A stretch of 64,000 nucleotides of DNA, taken from Vicugna vicugna. Its lineage: Eukaryota. Below, piece after piece: positions 38,569-50,280 of this stretch. Positions within the stretch are counted from its first letter, which is position 1. Each line of letters opens with the position of its first letter. The stretch is from positions 270,995-334,994 of the forward strand of contig MU063089.1 of NCBI GenBank assembly GCA_013265495.1. Direction: 5' to 3'. The notes under the pieces were generated by a model. The model saw nothing but the letters and a program-made list of their open reading frames with translations, searched no databases and had not been told where the DNA came from. The translations under genes were made by a program, and so were the position numbers.

Positions 38569-38741
38569 TACTCAGTACTGCCCAGCCAGCGTCTGTACCA
38601 TAGTGCACTGTCAGCGGTTCTGTAAGAATGCTAACAAGCTCTACCAAAAGCAGTAATTTACAACAATATGAAAAATCATACTCTCCCTCAGCCCCAAATC
38701 CATGGCTTCAGCCATAAGATGAAACCCACGAGATTATGTCT

Positions 38742-38818
38742 GCGTGTGTGTGTGTGTGTCTGTGAGTGTGTGTGTGCACGTCTGTGTGTGTGTCTGGGAG
38801 TGTGTGTGTGTGTGTGTG
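38742..38818. repeat. Imperfect (TG)n microsatellite
   Basis: gcgtgtgtgtgtgtgtctgtgagtgtgtgtgtgcacg...gtgtgtgtgtgtgtgtg. Confidence 0.9.
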
Positions 38819-39019
38819 GTGCAGTGGCCTGAGGGAGGAGGGGAGGTCTTTGTAGAGATTTAATTATTTTTGACACCATTGTGCAGCAGAAGCAGCGGCC
38901 GGCTGAGTTCAGTTGAGCATCCCACAGCACCTGTCTCCCAGTTACTAAAGGTGACTGAGAGACCTGTGAGTGTGAGCACACACCTGGGGCCCCGCATTTC
39001 TAACAAAGATAAAACTGGA

Positions 39020-39130
39020 GGGGAGGGTAGAGCTCAGTGGTAGAGCACGTGCTTAGCATGCATGAGGTCCTGGGTTCAATCTCAGTACCTCTATTTAAAA
39101 AAAATCTAATTACCTCCTCCTCCAAAAAAG
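39020..39130 (+). mobile_element. Vic-1-type camelid tRNA-derived SINE
   Basis: ggggagggtagagctcagtggtagagcacgtgcttagcatgcatgaggtcctgggttcaatctcagtacc (Pol III A and B boxes), followed by A-rich linker and ctaattacctcc...aaaaa tail as recalled for Vic-1. Confidence 0.85.
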
Positions 39131-40354
39131 AATTTTGAGACTAAAATTTGAAAGTTCCAAAAAAATTGTATCAGACTGCCTCAACTTTGGTTAAAAAAAA
39201 AAAAGAAAAAACCCATACCAGTGCCGCACAGCAACTGACACAGCAGATGTCACCTACTGAGGACGTGCACCTGGCGACGTGAAGGGTCCACCCGAGGGGC
39301 ATGGGCCACGTGGTCACACCAGTGCCACCCGCCACCCTGCAGAGCACATTCCTGCCACGCAGGGTTCATCTGCCTGTTTCTGAAGTTCTCTCAGTCAGAC
39401 AGGAATTTTCCAGGTCTAACAATTACGTCTCGCCTTTTTGCAGCCCCTGCAACCTAGGTACAGCCTAATGTACCCCAAAAGCACTGCCTTGGTTTAAGTC
39501 CCCAATTAGGCAGACTTTTGGGGTCTAGAATTAGCTCCCTGTATATATATTTTTCTTTCTTTCTTAAGAACAGAGATCCGCATCTCAAGCTTACGTGATA
39601 CTGACCACATTTATTTCTCTTCATTAAAAAAAAAAAAAGACTATAGACTCCCCTTCCCCGGGACCTGACTCTTTAATTCTGGTAACCACAGAACAAGGAG
39701 ACAGGCGGGCAAAGGAAATACATCATCACTGCAAGATGAAGGAAGACGGGCTTCGGGGCTGTATCACCAAACCCTCCAGACACTGTGAGCATTCATCTTG
39801 GGGAGAAGGTAGCGAGCAAAGGAAGTTTAAGCCTTTATAAACAAGCAACAATGATAAAGAAGTTCTTCAGCACACTAGCTCGTGGGGCCCCAAGTCCAAA
39901 CCTCAATTCTGACAGCAGCTCATGCGTTCACCGTGTTCTCCCTCATTGACTTCCCGAATGCTGCCAACCACACTGACCAGGTCCCGTCCAGACCACATCT
40001 CCTTTCCTCGCAATCAGCTGGCTGAGTTTCCTTTTCCATGCAGGGCTAATTTGCAGCCCAAGGCTTAGGGTTTAAAATGGGAGCCTTGCTTCGGCCGTGG
40101 CCAGCTTCCAGGCCTTATTTATTTCTCCCTCCTTCACAACAGCAACACAGAAAACCCTTTTTCTAAACTTTCCAAGCCGCACTCCACTGTCCGTCCACGG
40201 CGCCAGGCACGCCCAGCGAGCGGCAGGGGATGCAGCGCGGCTCCTCTACGTTGTGACTTCATACCTGATTCTTTCCCAGACCGTGTTCCCTGTCCAAAAC
40301 CTCCGCACACGCAGAGCTGAAGTGACAAGTCCCCCAAAGACACGACGCTGTAGA

Positions 40355-40520
40355 CCGAGTCGCCGCAGACCTTTTCCGGACGGGACAGACAGTAAATGTC
40401 TCAGGCCGCGGACCAGGGCTCTCTGCAGCAGAAGTGGGCGGGCGAGCGCCAATACAACCGTATTTGCATAAACGCGGCTGAGTGCACTTGGCCCGGGGAC
40501 CGCGGTCTGCCATCGCGCCT
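40355..40520. mobile_element. MER58A-like hAT-Charlie MITE, CpG-rich
   Basis: gggacagacagtaaatgtctcaggccgcgg, ccaatacaaccgtatttgcataaac and ttggcccggggaccgcggtctgcc align by eye to MER58A. Confidence 0.65.
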
Positions 40521-40664
40521 TCAACATCGCTTTTTTCTAATGACAGGCTTTTCTGAGCAACTCAGTGAACAGGGAAAGTCTGGGTGGTCACGCAGGACCC
40601 AAACTTGAAATCCGAGATGGACACGTCAGGGCCCAGCCCCGGAAGTTCTTTCACATGTCTTTCA

Positions 40665-40970
40665 TCGAGGAGTAACTTAACATGCAATGACACGCACAGA
40701 TCTTAAGTGTGCAGCCAATGTATTCTGAAACATGTTTACATGCATGTAAGTAACCCTCAGTCTAAGAAGGAATGAGACACTCCCGTCACCCTGCAAAGTT
40801 CCCTTGCTCACCCACAGACCTGGCGGCCATCACCACAGCTCAGGTTAACCTGGTCTAGAACTTCACCAAAACGGAATCGGCCAGGATGGACTTCAGGTCC
40901 GGCTCATCCACTCGAGAGGCAGTGTCTGCGATCCAGCCGTGGTTCTGTTGCTGCTCCGTGCCCACATCCC
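40665..40970 (-). mobile_element. Old L1 (L1MB/MC-like) 3' end
   Basis: gcacagatcttaagtgtgcag...tctagaacttcaccaaaacggaatc. Confidence 0.75.
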
Positions 40971-43534
40971 TTGACTGCTGCGCGGCAGGCCGCTGTGGGC
41001 CTTATCCCTTCATCCTCCGGACGCGAACACATTGCCCCAGACCCCTATGATCAACTCATTTCAAATCAGAGAGGATAAACGCTTTCAGAAGGACCAGACC
41101 TGGAAACCACATAACCCTCCTCCAGCTTCTATGTGGACTGAAATGGGCCTCCCCTCCCCACCCCACACACCAAGTGACCACCCTGGCTCAATGGAAAATA
41201 GAGAAAATGCACACACTCCAACTCATACACAATCCCCGTTTCACCAGCATTCCAAGTAGGCAGCCCTGGCAAGTCCTCTAGAAGCTGTGAATGCCTGTCC
41301 CCCAGGCCTTTCAAGCCGCCACGTGAGAGGCAGGCCCGTGGCACTTCCTCCGCTGCTGCCGGCCTGGGAAGCCGGACTGTATAATTAACACCCACGGTTA
41401 TCTTTCAATGCCTGCACCTGGCGCTCTTAATTTAATTATCTCTCCATTTCTCCAATCCACTGCACACTGGTGCCTGCTCCACCTGGCCTTCCGCGCTCGC
41501 CCTGAATCTCCTCTCGCCTCCAGGACTTTTCATCCAGAAATAATTAGGAACACAGGGGCCTCTGTCTCATGGCCAAGTCGGCCGTGAATACGACTGGACC
41601 AGGAGGGAAGTTTACTCTCAAAGAAGTCGAGTCAGCTAGAAGCTGTGCTCAAAGGGCCAGGGTGGGCCTCCAGGCATCTCTGCTGCACTGGGAGCGACCA
41701 GGAAAAGAGGCAACGATCCTGCAGGAAACCTGAGAGGCTCTGGTTCTGGGAACACTCTTTCCCTCGGCTTGTTCCTGGCTGAGAGCGGAGTAACGGATGG
41801 GGACCAGCCTCCCGGCAAGGCCGGAACAAGAGCAGATGCACAACTACCCGCGCTGAGGATGCGCAGGCAGAGCGGGGGCTCAGCGAGCACGCCCGCCCCA
41901 TCGCGCCGCCTCCCTCACCTGGCCGGTCCGACCGCTCACCCGGAAACCCGCAGGAAGCGCTCTTGGACAGACAGTCCTCCGTGTCCCCTTTTCCTTTTTG
42001 GTTTCTTGTTGGATATGGTACCTCGCCCCTCAAACGCTGTTTCCCACACTGGCATTTATGAATAACAAACACAGTGAGAAACAAAATTACATCACAGGAA
42101 ACAGAAGCCAGGGTAGACAAGGTGTTTCACGAGGTCTTCTCACCTTCACTCTCGTATGTTGTCTTCCAGTTTTGCATTTTCACACGCACACACACGCGTC
42201 TTGCCTTGGGATGGAGCGATCCCACTTTAACCATCAGTGTTAAATAAGACAGCCAGGCCGTCCTCAGCTTCCTCTCTTGATCTCACTCTCTTTCAGGACA
42301 CACAAGAGAAGCTTCTGATCAGGCCTAAGCATTTTGGAGACATTGCTCTACATAAAATGTCCCTCCCCGCTCCCCGGGCAAATCCTAGTTCATCTTTACC
42401 AAATGTAGGAAAAAAAAAAAACCTTAGGAAATTTTCACAGGCTTTTCTCAGCTTCTCTGATTTTCAGGGGTGTTCAAAGGAGGTGCAGAGGCCCAGCCCC
42501 ACTTCAGGAGCTTCAGGAGGGCCCCCTCTCTTTGCCAAGACACAGCCCAGGGGAGTGAGGGCCGGCAGCGGGGCCTCCTGGTTTGACAGATGGCTCCATT
42601 TCCAGGCCACAGGGCCGAGGTGGCTGCAGCACACGTCCCATGATTTACGACCTGGGCTGCCGAGTCCCATAGGGCGCTTCCCGCATCACATGCCGTGAGG
42701 CCACGTGCAGAGCAAATGCGGCCACCTGATAAACGCTGCAACCTCTCTGGCCCAACCTGCCTTCCAAGGCCAGAAGCTCCGGCAGCGGAGCCTCCTCCGG
42801 GGTCTCTGCCCTCCCCAACTTCCCCTTATGGGTAAGAAGCAGTGCTGGTCTGGGAGGTGGGTGAGGCACATGCCAAGAAAGTCAGTTTCCTTTTTCTTCA
42901 GATTAAAAGAAAGAAAACCCAGCTGCGTTAACTGCACGCCACACACCACAGGATTATTAAGACGGGCTGTTCTCAGCCTGGGAAGGCAGCTTGACTTCCC
43001 TCTGAGGAGTGTGGTAAGACTTTACACCCAGAAGGAAATGGGGAGGAGCCTTGCTGCCTAGATGGGAAAAGCCAGGATTTGGGGCCCAAGAACCCAAGTC
43101 TTAGAAGCAGACTCCAACACAAGGATTCAGGTGGAAGTGACTAATGTGTGAGGCGGGTTTGCGCCGGCAGGAGAGGGGGAAGTGACCCCAGGAAGGGAAG
43201 ACAGAAGCATGTGTTGTTAAGCCAGTTGTCCCTGAGGGTAAGTGGCGCCTAAGCCCAGCGCCAAGAGAGTTCTGGGAAAACGCATAGACCCGGGGTGAGG
43301 GAGCTGGGATACTTGTACGCCATCTCCCACCTGTCAGAGGCTATCGGCTGCCCTGGAAGCACTCATTCCTCTGACTTCTGGTCTACCACAGAGGCAGTCA
43401 AAGCACACTCAGGTGGCCAAGGAGAGCCTCAGGCAAAGACTGCAGGTGCCCAGATAGGTGTGGGGAAGGGAGATGGGTGGGGCCAAGACAGTCTCTGAAT
43501 CCCTCCGTGTCCTGCTGCTGCTGCTCAGAGCTGG

Positions 43535-43680
43535 AACTCGGAACATATTTCTGAACTTCTCTGACCCACACCTATGCTCCCCATCTGGAAAACCATCATG
43601 CCCACCCCCACGCTCGTGGTGACAATTAAGTCAGATGATGCCTATGAAGAGCTGTGCAAATCACAAGCCCTGCCAAGTCA
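43535..43680 (+). mobile_element. MIR fragment
   Basis: acttctctgacc...ccccatctggaaaa...gtgacaattaagtcagatgatgcctatgaagagct. Confidence 0.55.
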
Positions 43681-46157
43681 TTAGCTCTCCCAAGTCTGCA
43701 GGGGAGGCTGGGAGCCCACCATGTGCCCAGGGCTCTGGAAGACGCAAGAAAGGGGGCAGGCTTTGTTGCCCCACGTCCAACACTGAGCATCCAGCGGAGG
43801 CTCATTCAAAAATCCAGGACCCCGCGTGTCTGAATGTGCAGGGGAGCAGGCACTCTGCCTAATTTTCAGGAGCATGAATCTAGTCTGCCCCACTGGTATC
43901 CCGGCTTAGAGGAAATGCCTCCTTATTTTAACAAAGTTAGGGTTACTGGTGAAAACTGGAAAGAAAAGGCAACGTGAGTAGCAGAAGGGTCAGCAGCCCA
44001 CCCTGCTTCCTCTCAGCCCACCCCAGGATGACATCTGAGTGATGTCCTGGGGTCAGGGGAGCAGAGAAACTAGGGGACATTCCTAAATTTGAAGCATGAT
44101 TGGGCCTCCTGCTTTGCCCTCCATGGGGTAAACCATCACTCTCCATGTCCCCGGTCAGAAGCCCCTTGTAATCAGGTCCTTGAGCAAAGACATTTCAGCA
44201 TCCAAGTACCCACGCTACCCTAGGAAAGGATGGTGTGGATGCTGAACGTAGCTAGGTAACAAGCACGTAGAGAAGGAAGCCTCACAACTTCAGCCAAGTG
44301 TTCAGCCCATTTAAGAAGAGCCCGAAAGAAGCTGGGATTAACCCTAACTGGGATCTGGGAGCGCACACAGACACACACTCCTCCCTGTCCACCCACCCTC
44401 ACACCTCCGAGAGGCTCACACTGTCTCCAAATCCAGAAGCCCACCCACATCACACCAGATACCCAGCTGCAGCTAAAGCTCTTCCTCCACCCAGTCTCCC
44501 CCTCACCCACATCCCTCCGGACAGAGTCTTCTTAACCTAGGACCACAAAACAGGGGTCTCTTGGGTGGGCATAACGGGGGCCCAAGTGTCCTCAAATCTG
44601 TGCAAAATCTGTATCAGAATTCAAGGTGGTTATAATCAGACCTTCCACACAGGGAGCGTCCCTCAAGAATCAGGAACTACCATCCGAGACACAAATGACA
44701 CAGAAAAGGCACCGCACTGGGGACGGGCTGCAGTGCCAAGTGCTCGGGCGCCTGTGGGCCGTTCTGATGCCCAGGACCCGGAGAAAGGGGCCGCCTCTCA
44801 TGTTCCACCCAGGTGCCCCTGACCAGAGGGCTGAAGAACAGGCAGCCCCGGGGCCGGGCTCCTGCCGAACAGCGGTTTAAGGCAGGCAAGGAATCGTCAT
44901 TACTGTTAAAGAATCATCTTTAAAATTCAAGCACATTTTGCACAAGTGTAATCCACCCACGTCTGCTTTAGCCTAAGAAGTCATTCTATTCTCTGTCCTC
45001 AAACTTTCCAATAGATCTGAGAGCCCAGAAGGCAGTCTGAGTTTACTAGCTTCACATACTCCACAAAGCACAGCAGGACAACCCCGTGGAGGCAAGTGGG
45101 CTGAGAAGTCCTCACGGCGTCAGTGGTGGTCTCCCAAGAGCCCTGTGAGATGCGTCCAGGACCCAGGGAAGACGCAAGGGAGACCCACCGGGGTTCTGCG
45201 CAGTAAGTGCCCCGCTCCAGGAGGCCAGCACGCCCAGCCCAGGCCCTCTGCCTGCGCCCCCAGCTTTGTCTCTCTTCCCCCTGGTTCCCCTTTTGGGGCT
45301 TAGAGGTCACACCACACCATGCTCTTGTTCTTCCAGTGAGGAAACAAGGGCCAGATTTCTCCAGTCACATGGTGAACTGGAGATGAGGGTCATGAGCCCG
45401 AGCTCCCTCCAGGGCCTGCCCCCTTCTCTGAGGAGCCAGAGTCTGGCCTTCCTCTCCCTCTGAGCTCCATTCCCCTCCAGTTTTCTGAACTTCTGATGCC
45501 ATAAACCGAGAGAGTGGCCTGCTCCTTCCAGACCACCAGCTGCCCACCCAGCCGCCCAGCCAGGTTCAGGGAGAGCCCCGCCCAGCCCCAGCCCGGCCTC
45601 TGCAGAGCAGGTGACGGTGGGGCTGATGCTGGCAGGACCCAGAAGGGCCCCCACGCGAGGCCTCTGCTTCTGGCTTGATTCCCTTTGGGGTTTGCTGAGG
45701 GAGAAGTTCGCTTGTCGAAGCCAGATCCTCTCTCAGGAGCTAAACACCAGCAGCAAACAAAAACCAGACCAAACAGCATCCATTTGAAAAGACAAAGTGG
45801 GACACGGGCAGGGAGCCCATCGTAGGCTCCCGACAAGCTCAGTGCCAAGGGCTCTCTTTAGTGCAAAGGGACAAAAAAATCACAAAGCGGAAGGGTCTCT
45901 CTCTCTCTCACTCTCACCACCCCCCACCGCTTTCTTTTTTTGGGAACTAAGTCAGGCATGTGTCCTCTCTGTGTAATTCATTTCCCTTGTGGTCCCAACC
46001 AGCCCCGGGGCCACCACCGGAAATGGTGGAGCAGAAGAACTTTCCACAGGCAGGTCCAAATATTTGCCCTCTGATGCCACCTGATTAAATCCGTGACTCT
46101 GGCTGCCTCAGAGAAAGGCAGAAACTCCCCCCACCAAATCCATGCTTTTTTCCCCCT

Positions 46158-46976
46158 TTGTCAGTTTTATTAGGTAGAATTATTACAGTCCGACTGCACA
46201 TACACATTATATCGCATGTAAATGTGTACACACAGTATACTGCACATTTTTTTAGTTTACATGTATGTACTAAATTATTGTTTTAATTTGGCTTTTTAAA
46301 CTTACATAGTTATCAAAGGAATAAAGCCAACTGCAAAATAAGAATCAGCAGAAGGCAGTAATCCAGTCATAAAGGGCAGTCACATGTGCTCACACATGTT
46401 CAAGAAATCAATCATCTAAGTTATAAATAATAAGTAGCTCACTTGTGTCCTTTTTTTCATTTAGATTCCACATATAAGTGAAATTATAGGGCATTTTCTT
46501 TCTCTTTCTGGCCCATTTCACTTAGAATGATGATTTCCAGGGCCATTCCTTGTTGCTCCAAATGGCATTATTTCATTTTTTATGGCTGAGTAGTATTCCA
46601 TTGTATGTGTATGTATGTATACACACCCCCACATCTTCTTTATCCAGTCAACTGTTGATGGACATTTAGGCTGTTTCTATGTCTTGGCTGCTGTAAACAG
46701 TGCTGCTATGAACATTGGGGTGCATGTGTCTTATTGAATTTTATTTTNNNNNNNNNNNNNNNNNNNNNNNNNNNNNNNNNNNNNNNNNNNNNNNNNNNNN
46801 NNNNNNNNNNNNNNNNNNNNNNNNNNNNNNNNNNNNNNNNNNNNNNNNNNNNNNNNNNNNNNNNNNNNNNNNNNNNNNNNNNNNNNNNNACACCTTCTCC
46901 GGCATCTATCACTTGTAGACTTTTTAATTATGGCCATTCTGGCTGGTGTGAGGTGGTATTTCATTGTAGTTTTGAT
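46158..46976 (-). mobile_element. L1 3' UTR and ORF2 C-terminus; N gap 46748-46889
   Basis: ttagattccacatataagtga...ctttatccagtca...gctatgaacattggggtgcatgtgtc; MKYHLTPARMAIIKKS. Confidence 0.92.
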
Positions 46977-49279
46977 CTGGAAAGGCAGAAATTTGCTGGT
47001 TGTTCCTGAATCCTCTGCTTCATGGCGGTGAGCTCGTGGCGCGAAAGCCTTGCCTCCACTGTTTCTCCCTGGAGTCTGTCCTTCCGGGTCTCAGAGATGC
47101 TCTTACAACAGGAGGCCAGCGGGGCTCAGACAAAGGAACACTGGTTTTCCCATTCTAGGAGAACCCACTGCTGGTAAACAGACAGGAAGCTTCTCAGGGG
47201 TGGGAGGCTGGGTTTGTCTGTCTGTTCATTTGTTCCCTTTTTTGTTTCACCATATTCATTACAAACATACGAACAACATCACTAGGTCTGCCCCCAGGTT
47301 GTGCAATGAGGCCACAGCCTTTATTCCCATATAAGCCCTTTTTTGGTTTTTGTTTTCAATCTGCTCTTCTTCTTCCAAGAGCATCCCTCATCCTCAGAGG
47401 GCTGCCATGGCTGGGCACGATGTGGGTCGTGGTACCCGCCCTCTCCTGGGTCCTTTAACGGTCGCCTTCTATTCCCTCTCCTGCCTGCCCTCAATCTCTG
47501 CCTCTTCCCTGAAGTAGGAGATGCCAAGCAAATACAACTGCAGCACAGGAAGGATTTCAGACGCAGAGTCATGGACTTGGCTCAGTGTCACGTGGCTGGG
47601 GTTCCAGACGTGGGGTGAGAACTGGGTCTAGGGTCCCACCCATGAGGGTAAGGAAATCGATCACTCAAAAGCAGGGTGAAGCTTTTGTCTGTGTGGAGGG
47701 GATGTCATCAGGATGCCTGCCTCACACTTTGGGGGCTGAGGGGGGTGACTGCCAATGGCAGGTGCCCAGAAGGCCTAGGCCCCTTAAAGGAACTGACTGG
47801 AGACTCCTGTCCCTCTCTCCTCCCACCACCTTTCTAAGCCACCGTCCAGCCACTGGCAGCCAGGGCTGAGTGATCCGATTCCAAGGTCTGGCTCAGAGCC
47901 CCGTCCATAATGCTCTTTTCCTTTCAAAACTCTCCGAGTCCGTTCCACGCAGTCTGGCCCTTGAAAGGCAGCCCGGCAGACACAGTGGTGCCCTCCCCAC
48001 ACCTCCTCAGTCTTAATATTTCCACCCCTGCCTGCTCAACTTCCATGACCTCCATCAACATCCCTGTGCCGAAATATGTGATGGCTGTAGTGACACACCA
48101 GGACTGAACACACACTCCTCCCTGTAGCCCTCAACCAACGACTAGTGGGAGCTGGCGTATATGTACCCCAGCTCCATCGCCCAGGGGTGAGAACCTGCCG
48201 AGTGCAGGCTCTCCATCACCTTCCAGAATCCCCCGGCAGCTGAGTCACCACCACGGCTTCCTTCCCTTCCCTGGCTCCCCTCCCAAATTGAGGACCCACA
48301 CTCAAGTCCTCGCTCAGGTCTGCTGCTGGGAACCACACTAAGACAGGCCTGTGGTGTACCAGCCAGAGCCTGGGAAAGAGGGAAGAAAGCCCCGGTTGTA
48401 GTCATTAGGTATCTCTAATCTTTACTGTGTCTTTATCCACAATAAGTGTCGAAATGCTGCCCAGGCAACCCAAGCATGTGATGGACGAGGACAGGGCTCA
48501 CTGCCAGGCTCCTGGTGGCCAAGTGCTGTCTGGACGTGGGAGCTGGTTCCTGTCTGACATGAGATGCTGTGCAGGTGAGACCATGACTTTGCTCCCTCCA
48601 CCCGAGCCCTGCTCTTGGCTCAGAGCCCCGATTCCATGTTCACACTCCCCGTCCTCCTGCTGGGCGAGGCTGGCATGAAATTTTTGCTCCATCTGATTTG
48701 GAGGTGGAAGGATTACAACAACATCCTGAAGCTTCCTGGCACAGGAGGGTGACTTAAAAAGCAACGAATACACTCTCCAACCTTCGCAATCAAGGCAGGG
48801 AGCTGGCTGGGGTCCCTTAAAAGGAAACTCCAATAAGTAGACTGTCAGGCTCCAAACCACAGGCTCACCACCCTGCAGCTGGCCTGGTAGGGGCAGGGGC
48901 ACCTCCTAGGGCGGAAGGTGTTTCCACTGAGGTTGTCAGTGCCCAGAAAGTTCTGCCCTGGGGGTGGCTTTCTGCCCCTCCCCTGGAAACATACGTCTCT
49001 CCTGTCCGCCAGGTCTCAAACAGGATGAAGCGCCCAAGACAGCATCATCGAACAACTGGAGAATATTCACTGTGCACCACATGAAGCTAAATGCTAAGAC
49101 GAGAAATTACAGATGGCCATGAAATAGTGAATAATTTTAAGAATTATGCTTGGGTCAGGGACAACCCTGGAATTTCATCGTAGCCACTCTGGAAAGATTT
49201 ACACTCACCTCAATGGCTTTACCCACTAAACGATGTTGGAATTGCCTTTTTAAAAAAAGTGTTTCATTTTCTCTGATTT

Positions 49280-50280
49280 AATTTTCAGCGAGGCACAACT
49301 TACACGTGGGAAAATGCACAGGTGTTCAGTGTACAGTTCAGTCCCTGTCAACACATGTAGACACCTGGTGACCCACAATTCAATGAAGGGACAGAGCACT
49401 GTCACCACAGGCAGTCCCCTTGTCCCCTTTGCAGTCGAATGCAGGCACCTTGCCCTCTACACCTACGTTGTACAGTGTGCTTCCTAAAAACAAGGACATT
49501 CACTTCTACAAGCACCACAAAGTTGTCAAAACATGGAAATTAACAATGCTAACAATACTATTACCGAATCTACAGACCTTATTCATTTTGCTCAGCGTCT
49601 CACTCATGTCTCACAGGAAGAGGAAGCCTTTCTGTCTGGGACTCAATCAAGAAGCACACACTGCACGTACCTGTCCCACTTCCTCAGTCTCCTCCAAGCT
49701 GGGACGGCTGCTCTGCCGTTTCGCGTTCACGCCCTTGCCGGGCAGATTTTGTAGAATGCCCCTGAGTTTGGGTTTGCCTGATGATGCCTCTGGACAAGAC
49801 TACTCTAGAAGTGCTGTGTGTCCTTCCCAGGGCGTCCCAGCAGGAGGCTCGCTGCCAGCTCCCCCCTCCGCTGCGCTGGGCCAGGGCAGGGCCAGCCAGG
49901 CCGCCGCTGTCAGGTTACCGGTTTTTTCTTTGCTGTTAATGAGTACCCCAAGGGAATATTGTTCGAGACTGTGTCAGCGTCCTGTGTATCAGGCACTGGC
50001 CCCTAGCTGCAGCATTACTGACAGTTCCTGCTTGAAACGCCTGTGATGGTGGCCAGATGGTGACTTTGCGAATTCCTCCTACTCAAAGGAGAGTTATTTC
50101 CAACTCATTCATTCATTCACTCACCCGTTCGTGTGTTCAAATGTGGACTCACAGATTCTCGCTTTATTCTATGGATTAGAACCTGTTACTGTCATCCATT
50201 TTGATTTCAAATTGCCCCAGCTTGGGCCAGCGAGAGCTCCTCCCAAAGCCAGCTGCCAGGCCCCTCTGACACGTCTGGCC
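49280..50280 (-). mobile_element. Old L1 3' fragments (L1MB-like then L1MC4/5-like)
   Basis: gaaaatgcacaggtgttcagtgtacag; cctaaaaacaaggacattc...caatactattaccgaatctacagaccttattca; gatttcaaattgccccag. Confidence 0.75.

Noticed and set aside
39020-39092. tRNA-Ala-like gene
   Set aside because: No proper acceptor stem, and it continues into a SINE-specific body and A tail, so it is a SINE
49420-50046. 208-aa plus ORF
   Set aside because: Lies over an ancient L1MC-like 3' UTR fragment; chance open frame
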